DNA of 64,000 nucleotides from Bacteroidia bacterium (GTDB lineage Bacteria; Bacteroidota; Bacteroidia; Flavobacteriales; Flavobacteriaceae): NCBI GenBank assembly GCA_030430385.1, contig JAUIFO010000008.1, positions 118,126 to 182,125 of the forward strand, read 5' to 3'. Shown piece by piece: positions 59,117 to 64,000 of this stretch (position 1 is its first letter; each line of letters starts with the position of its first letter). The notes under the pieces were generated by a model. It saw only the letters and a program-made list of their open reading frames with translations, ran no database searches and was not told where the DNA came from. The position numbers and the translations under genes were made by a program.

Positions 59117-61279
59117 TTAATTAGATTCCACTAATTCCAATAACTCCATATTAACGTTAGTTGTGAAAATGCCATAGTTTACTATGGCTTTTTCTTTTTC
59201 TATACTGTCAATGGTACCAACAGCTTTGCCATCAAACATTCGCACACGATCACCAATTTTTAAAATTGGTTTTGGTTTTTCAATTTTGACTTCTTCTTTT
59301 TTAGCGGCTTTTTTCTTTTTTCTAATGACAGCAACTTTTTTCTCAGCTTCCTGTTTGATCTGCTTTTCTTTAGCTTTTTCAGCACGTTTTTGTTTTGCAG
59401 AAATCTTTTTGCGTTTTGAATTCTCGATTTGAACCAGCTTAAACAGTTCAGCCATCAATTCTCGTTTTCGTTTATTGTCAAAATATTTTTCTGAAATGTC
59501 ATTGAACTTCTGTCCAAGGTAAATAAGGCGTTGATTGCTATCGTACAACTCCTGGTAACTCTCTAGTTTCTTTTGAATCTTTGCGTTGATCTCTTTTAAC
59601 TTATCTGCTTCCGATTGTTTCTTCTTTTCGTTAGCTTTCAGCGAACGCTCTGTTTTTTCCAATTTACTGCGTTCCTTCTGAAGCTTTGCAATAGTAGCAT
59701 CAAAACGAACTTTACCACGTTCTATCTTCTTCTTGGCACGATTGATCAAACGATACGGAATCCCATTTTTCTGAGCTACTTCAAACGTAAAAGAACTTCC
59801 AGCTTGACCTAAGGCGAGTTTAAACATTGGTTCCAAACTACGTTCGTCAAACATCATATTAGCATTTTGCATATATGGCAACTCATTGGCGAGAACCTTT
59901 AAATTAGAGTAGTGGGTTGTAATAATGCCATAGGCTTCTCTATTGTAAAACTCTTCTAAAAATGTTTCAGCTAATGCACCACCAAGTTCAGGATCACTTC
60001 CTGTTCCGAATTCATCAATCAAAAACAACGTGTTCTTGTTGCATTTTTTCAGAAAGTAATTCATCTGTTTTAAACGATAGCTGTAGGTACTTAAATGATT
60101 CTCAATAGACTGATTATCTCCAATATCACTAATGATTCGATCAAATAAGCAAATATTGCTTTTCTCATGAACAGGAATTAAAAGTCCAGATTGTAGCATC
60201 ACCTGAAGCAAGCCAATCGTTTTTAGCGTGATACTTTTTCCACCAGCATTCGGACCAGAAATGACAATAATTCTATTTTCGGGATGCAGTACTATAGACT
60301 GCGGAAATGTTGTTTTACCTTCAGCTTTGTTAGAAACATAGAGTAGTGGATGAAAGGCGTTTTTTGCTTCGTATAGCTTTTCATCATTAAGTTCTGGCAG
60401 AATAGCATTAATGGATTGTGCGTATTTTGCTTTAGCATAGATCACATCGAAGCGTGTTAGAAACTGCTGGTAAACATCTAAAGTTGGCGCATAAGGTCTT
60501 ACATATTCTGTGAGATTACGCAAAATTTTATCGATTTCTTCTTGCTCTTCAAACTCTAAATTATTGAGTTCTCTAGCATGTTGAAATGTAGCTTCAGGTT
60601 GCATATAAACAATACTTCCTGTTTTACTACTTCCTAAAATACTCCCTTTTACTTTGCGTCTGTACATAGCTTTAACTGCAAGCACGCGCTTGTTTTCTAC
60701 AACAGACTCTCTAATATCATCGAGATAATCTAAGTTGTGATACGAGGTTAACGCAGCATTAAAGCTCTGGTTTATTTTTCCTCTAACGGAATTAATAGAT
60801 TGCCGTATTTGAAATAAGGTCTCTGTAGCATTATCTTTGATATCTCCAAAGCGATCTATTATGGCATCGATTTCTGAAACTAAATTCGGTATAGTGTCTA
60901 TAGTAGAAACCCGTTTTGACAGCGTAGGATAATACTCCTCAAATTTTTTTAAAGTCTTAATGATCTCATTAATCGTAATCGTAATGGATATCAGCTTTTT
61001 GAAACTCTTTGTTTCAAGAGAAGAATTTTCAATGTGAAGCAGTTTAAGTTCTTTAGTGATTGGCTCAAAACCATGATTTGGAATTCGGTTGTCATTATAA
61101 AATGAGGATACATATTCATTAGTATATTGCAACGATTGAAGCACTTCTTCTTTACTTGAAAAAGGCTTAATCTCTAAAGTTTGCAATCTACCTAAATCTG
61201 TGATACAGAATTCTGACACTTGTTCTAAAACCGTGTTAAATTCAATATCCTGTAAGGTTTTATTATGAATACTAATCAT
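59117..61279 (-). CDS. mutS2: MutS2-family ATPase (no recognisable Smr domain)
   Basis: MutS domain V with Walker A GPNAGGKS and DEFGTGSDP. A Lys-rich coiled coil and a KOW-like C-terminus follow (KIGDRVRMFDGKAVGTIDSIEKEKAIV). Confidence 0.85.
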   Translation of the reverse strand: MISIHNKTLQDIEFNTVLEQVSEFCITDLGRLQTLEIKPFSSKEEVLQSLQYTNEYVSSFYNDNRIPNHGFEPITKELKLLHIENSSLETKSFKKLISITITINEIIKTLKKFEEYYPTLSKRVSTIDTIPNLVSEIDAIIDRFGDIKDNATETLFQIRQSINSVRGKINQSFNAALTSYHNLDYLDDIRESVVENKRVLAVKAMYRRKVKGSILGSSKTGSIVYMQPEATFQHARELNNLEFEEQEEIDKILRNLTEYVRPYAPTLDVYQQFLTRFDVIYAKAKYAQSINAILPELNDEKLYEAKNAFHPLLYVSNKAEGKTTFPQSIVLHPENRIIVISGPNAGGKSITLKTIGLLQVMLQSGLLIPVHEKSNICLFDRIISDIGDNQSIENHLSTYSYRLKQMNYFLKKCNKNTLFLIDEFGTGSDPELGGALAETFLEEFYNREAYGIITTHYSNLKVLANELPYMQNANMMFDERSLEPMFKLALGQAGSSFTFEVAQKNGIPYRLINRAKKKIERGKVRFDATIAKLQKERSKLEKTERSLKANEKKKQSEADKLKEINAKIQKKLESYQELYDSNQRLIYLGQKFNDISEKYFDNKRKRELMAELFKLVQIENSKRKKISAKQKRAEKAKEKQIKQEAEKKVAVIRKKKKAAKKEEVKIEKPKPILKIGDRVRMFDGKAVGTIDSIEKEKAIVNYGIFTTNVNMELLELVESN

Positions 61280-61354
61280 TAATTTAAGTGCCTTAATTCA
61301 CAGAAGTTGCAAAGGTACTTATTAATGCATAAGAATTAAAATGAAATACTAGCT

Positions 61355-62227
61355 TTAGCGTTTAACACGCTTCCCTTCATCATTGATATAGTGACAAACA
61401 CAATCTTTACGACCATAAAGTCCAACACTATGAAGCTTTCTTTTAATAAGCTCTGAAGACTTCATTTTGAAATTATCCAATGGTGTAAACGCAAAATTAT
61501 TAGAACTTATTGAGATGTCTAGTCCGTAAACACAATGCCACCAAGTTTGAGGAATGAATAGCATCTCTCCAGGATGTATAATAGTGTATTGTACCTGAAC
61601 ATCTTTAAAATTAGCATGTGCCACGTCATCGAAATCCTCCATATTAACATCGCTCAAACGTGAGCCAGGTTCGTATTTTTTACTTGGATACATTCTGTCA
61701 GAATCTTTCGGACTTACCAGAAACACAAGCTTTCTACCTTCAATCAACGCTAAAATATTATTAGCAAGTCTATCTGTATGCCAACCTGTTAAGGTTCCAG
61801 CAGGACCAATCCAAAGCGAGGTAGAATTTCTAACCGTATTTTTTGATATCAATGAAAAATCAACATGCTCCAATAGCTCAGGAAACATTTGCGCGATAGG
61901 CATATTTCCTAAATATGTTTCAGTGTCAGTATTTCGAATTTCATTTAAATAATCCTGAAATGCTCCAAACTGCCAATTGGTATCATTTTGTCTAATGTTG
62001 CCTTTATAAGTATAAGTTTCTTTGTTTTTTCCTATTTCTTCAAAATAATCTAATGACCATAATTCAGTTGCCTTCCAATGGTCCATCATTTGAGTGATTT
62101 TTACAGGAGTGTTCTTTTTGATATGATTTTTGAAGAAGTCATCATGATCAATATTTTCAATAGAATAGATCTCCTTTAAAGGCTGATTTAGAATACTTTG
62201 GACTCTGTCTATGATAGCTTTAGCCAT
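61355..62227 (-). CDS. JmjC/cupin-like domain protein (putative Fe(II)/2-oxoglutarate oxygenase)
   Basis: HxD in GWHTDR and a distal His in FIPQTWWHCV, spaced as in JmjC cupins. Confidence 0.65.
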   Translation of the reverse strand: MAKAIIDRVQSILNQPLKEIYSIENIDHDDFFKNHIKKNTPVKITQMMDHWKATELWSLDYFEEIGKNKETYTYKGNIRQNDTNWQFGAFQDYLNEIRNTDTETYLGNMPIAQMFPELLEHVDFSLISKNTVRNSTSLWIGPAGTLTGWHTDRLANNILALIEGRKLVFLVSPKDSDRMYPSKKYEPGSRLSDVNMEDFDDVAHANFKDVQVQYTIIHPGEMLFIPQTWWHCVYGLDISISSNNFAFTPLDNFKMKSSELIKRKLHSVGLYGRKDCVCHYINDEGKRVKR

Positions 62228-62324
62228 AATTGTAGGTTTTGTAACAACGAATATAATACAAAAGCAGATACTATTTTATGACATATTTCATATTTTAGAC
62301 AAGATAGATTTTTTTATAGATAAA

Positions 62325-62990
62325 ATGAACGTAGATATACAAGAAAGCTGGAAAAAGTTACTACATGACGAGTTTGAAAAACCTTATTTTGAACAATTAG
62401 TACGTTTTGTGAAATCTGAATACAGAGAGACTACTTGTTATCCACCTGGAAATCAAATATTTTCTGCGTTTGATCATTGTCATTTTGAAACCTTAAAAGT
62501 TGTCATCATTGGTCAAGATCCTTATCATGGTGTTGGACAAGCAAATGGGTTGTGTTTTTCGGTAAATGATGGGATTACACATCCTCCTTCGTTGATAAAC
62601 ATTTTTAAAGAAATCCAATCTGATCTTGGAACACCTTATCCTAAGTCGGGTAACTTAGAACGTTGGGCTAAACAAGGCGTTTTATTATTAAATGCGACGC
62701 TTACTGTGAGAGCTCATCAAGCTGGTAGTCATCAAAAAAAGGGTTGGGAGGTATTTACTGATGCAGTTATTAGAACAATTAATGCGCATAGCAATGATGT
62801 GATCTTCTTACTTTGGGGAGGCTATGCCAAACAGAAGGCAAAATTAATTTCAGCAGATACGCATACTATACTAACATCTGGCCATCCATCACCTTTAAGT
62901 GCCAATAGAGGTTATTGGTTTGGAAACAAACATTTCAGTAAAACAAACGAGTGTTTAGTGAGTAAAGGGAAAACAGCTATACAGTGGTAA
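62325..62990 (+). CDS. ung: uracil-DNA glycosylase
   Basis: GQDPYHG, LLLNATLTV and GHPSPLS motifs. I trimmed the long upstream extension to ATG 62325, giving a typical ~221-aa Ung. Confidence 0.9.
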   Translation: MNVDIQESWKKLLHDEFEKPYFEQLVRFVKSEYRETTCYPPGNQIFSAFDHCHFETLKVVIIGQDPYHGVGQANGLCFSVNDGITHPPSLINIFKEIQSDLGTPYPKSGNLERWAKQGVLLLNATLTVRAHQAGSHQKKGWEVFTDAVIRTINAHSNDVIFLLWGGYAKQKAKLISADTHTILTSGHPSPLSANRGYWFGNKHFSKTNECLVSKGKTAIQW

Positions 62991-62997
62991 AGTGAAT

Positions 62998-63201
62998 TTA
63001 GCTTCCTGTTGGAGCTAATTGTGACGATTGAGCTGTTGGTAACTTTTTTGTAAGAATAGGATTATCTTGGGTAACAGTACTAGGCTTTTGAATAGATGAG
63101 GTTCTTTTAGTAGTTTTATTACAACTAAACTTAAGAAGTAGGAAATTTATAATAACTAAGATAGATAGAGTTAGAGTAATAATCATTATCATATTCTTCA
63201 A
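62998..63201 (-). CDS. small membrane-anchored hypothetical protein
   Basis: 67 aa with one N-terminal TM segment (MIMIITLTLSILVIINFLLL) and a low-complexity tail. Support is weak. Confidence 0.3.
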   Translation of the reverse strand: MKNMIMIITLTLSILVIINFLLLKFSCNKTTKRTSSIQKPSTVTQDNPILTKKLPTAQSSQLAPTGS

Positions 63202-63345
63202 GTTTTGTTAAGCTAATAGGTATAGGGGTTAGAACAAATGTAATTAAATTTTTGATAAATAGAAACTTATAATTGAAAACATTACGATTCAATCAAAGCC
63301 ATTTATATATATAACAACCTTTGACCTAAAAATCCTACCGAAACA

Positions 63346-64000
63346 TTAAAAAATATGAACAAGATCTTTATAATCTGCCTTTTCTGGGATGATATTAAGT
63401 TCTAATAGTTTGTTTTGAACTACATCTAGTGTAGCTTCATCAATGAGTTCTTGCGACCATTCTGTTAACGATAACCATTCTTGAACATCTTCCAATTTTT
63501 GATCGTATCGGTTAGAAATTGTAACATCAATACTTGGGATAGCTTTAAATTCTCTAGTTGTTGTATTGATAATTTCTAGTATGGTTTTAACGTCTTCTTC
63601 ATTGTCTTTAAGAAAAGACTCATTAACAGCAATTACAAAGCATGGCCAAGGTGTTGGACATTCGTCAATCTTTCTGAATATACCATCATCAACGATAGGT
63701 TTAGTGGTAAACTTTTCCCACATAAAATAATCGGCAACACCTTCAGTAAGACCTTCAACAGCACCTTCTAGGTTTTTGATGACTTCAAAATCAAGATCTT
63801 TTTTCAAGTCCCAGTCGTTATTTTCAGCATTAATAAAAGCCATTAAATGAGACCCAGAACCATACCGACTTATTGCAGCTTTAGTGCCTTTAAGATCATT
63901 GATAGTTTTATATTTAGAATGGGCAGCTACGTGTATTCCCCAAATTAAAGGCGATTGTACAAAGGTTTGAACAATTTTACTTGGGTTACCATCAATGATA
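63346..64000 (-). CDS. NMT1/THI5-like substrate-binding domain protein, C-terminal part (5' end beyond window)
   Basis: The frame stays open upstream of the track Met to base 64000 (...IHVAAHSKYKTINDLKGTKAAISRYGSGSHLMAFINAE...). The GSGSH motif is typical of the SsuA/THI5-like binding fold. Confidence 0.6.
   Translation of the reverse strand, partial: IIDGNPSKIVQTFVQSPLIWGIHVAAHSKYKTINDLKGTKAAISRYGSGSHLMAFINAENNDWDLKKDLDFEVIKNLEGAVEGLTEGVADYFMWEKFTTKPIVDDGIFRKIDECPTPWPCFVIAVNESFLKDNEEDVKTILEIINTTTREFKAIPSIDVTISNRYDQKLEDVQEWLSLTEWSQELIDEATLDVVQNKLLELNIIPEKADYKDLVHIF

Overview
AT-rich, tightly packed chromosomal segment with the hallmarks of a Flavobacteriia (Bacteroidota) genome. These include TAnnTTTG -7 promoter boxes with no obvious Shine-Dalgarno sites, a type IX secretion C-terminal sorting domain, and lipoproteins with acidic stretches right after the lipobox Cys. 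TonB-dependent receptors carry carboxypeptidase-regulatory-like N-domains, and parE and parC are separate genes. I count about 63 protein-coding genes, two of them cut by the window edges. Most are housekeeping: prfB with its programmed +1 frameshift, ltaE, ptrB-like, rsmE, folE, serA/serC, ychF, parE/parC, apbE, aroC, mutS2 and ung. I recognised no rRNA, tRNA, CRISPR array, transposase or integrase. Several gene ends carry clear rho-independent hairpins, often bidirectional. Many ORF-track starts are TTG/GTG extensions, which I trimmed to the first ATG that restores a sensible signal peptide or removes an overlap. Loci worth a second look:
1. 56605..59113: a surface-lipoprotein pair made of a cadherin-like lipoprotein and a cholesterol-dependent-cytolysin-like (CDCL) pore-forming homolog. 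It sits next to a divergent TPR-LuxR regulator and a repeat-rich control region.
2. 36554..39511: a thioredoxin / ApbE / DUF4266-like lipoprotein / DUF3570-like beta-barrel envelope operon behind a Crp/Fnr regulator, with no recognisable flavinylation substrate.
3. 49393..53497: a GshB-like ATP-grasp ligase / RDD membrane protein / N-formylglutamate amidohydrolase / DUF1704 (QEGLA, HExxxH) carboxypeptidase cluster.
4. 8565..11013: a CBS-like PLP enzyme next to an AONS-family acyltransferase, a candidate sulfonolipid (capnine) CapA/CapB pair.
5. 53498..53978: a 480-nt gene-free gap between convergent genes, holding a roughly 134-nt element closed by a perfect 12-bp helix and an orphan terminator.
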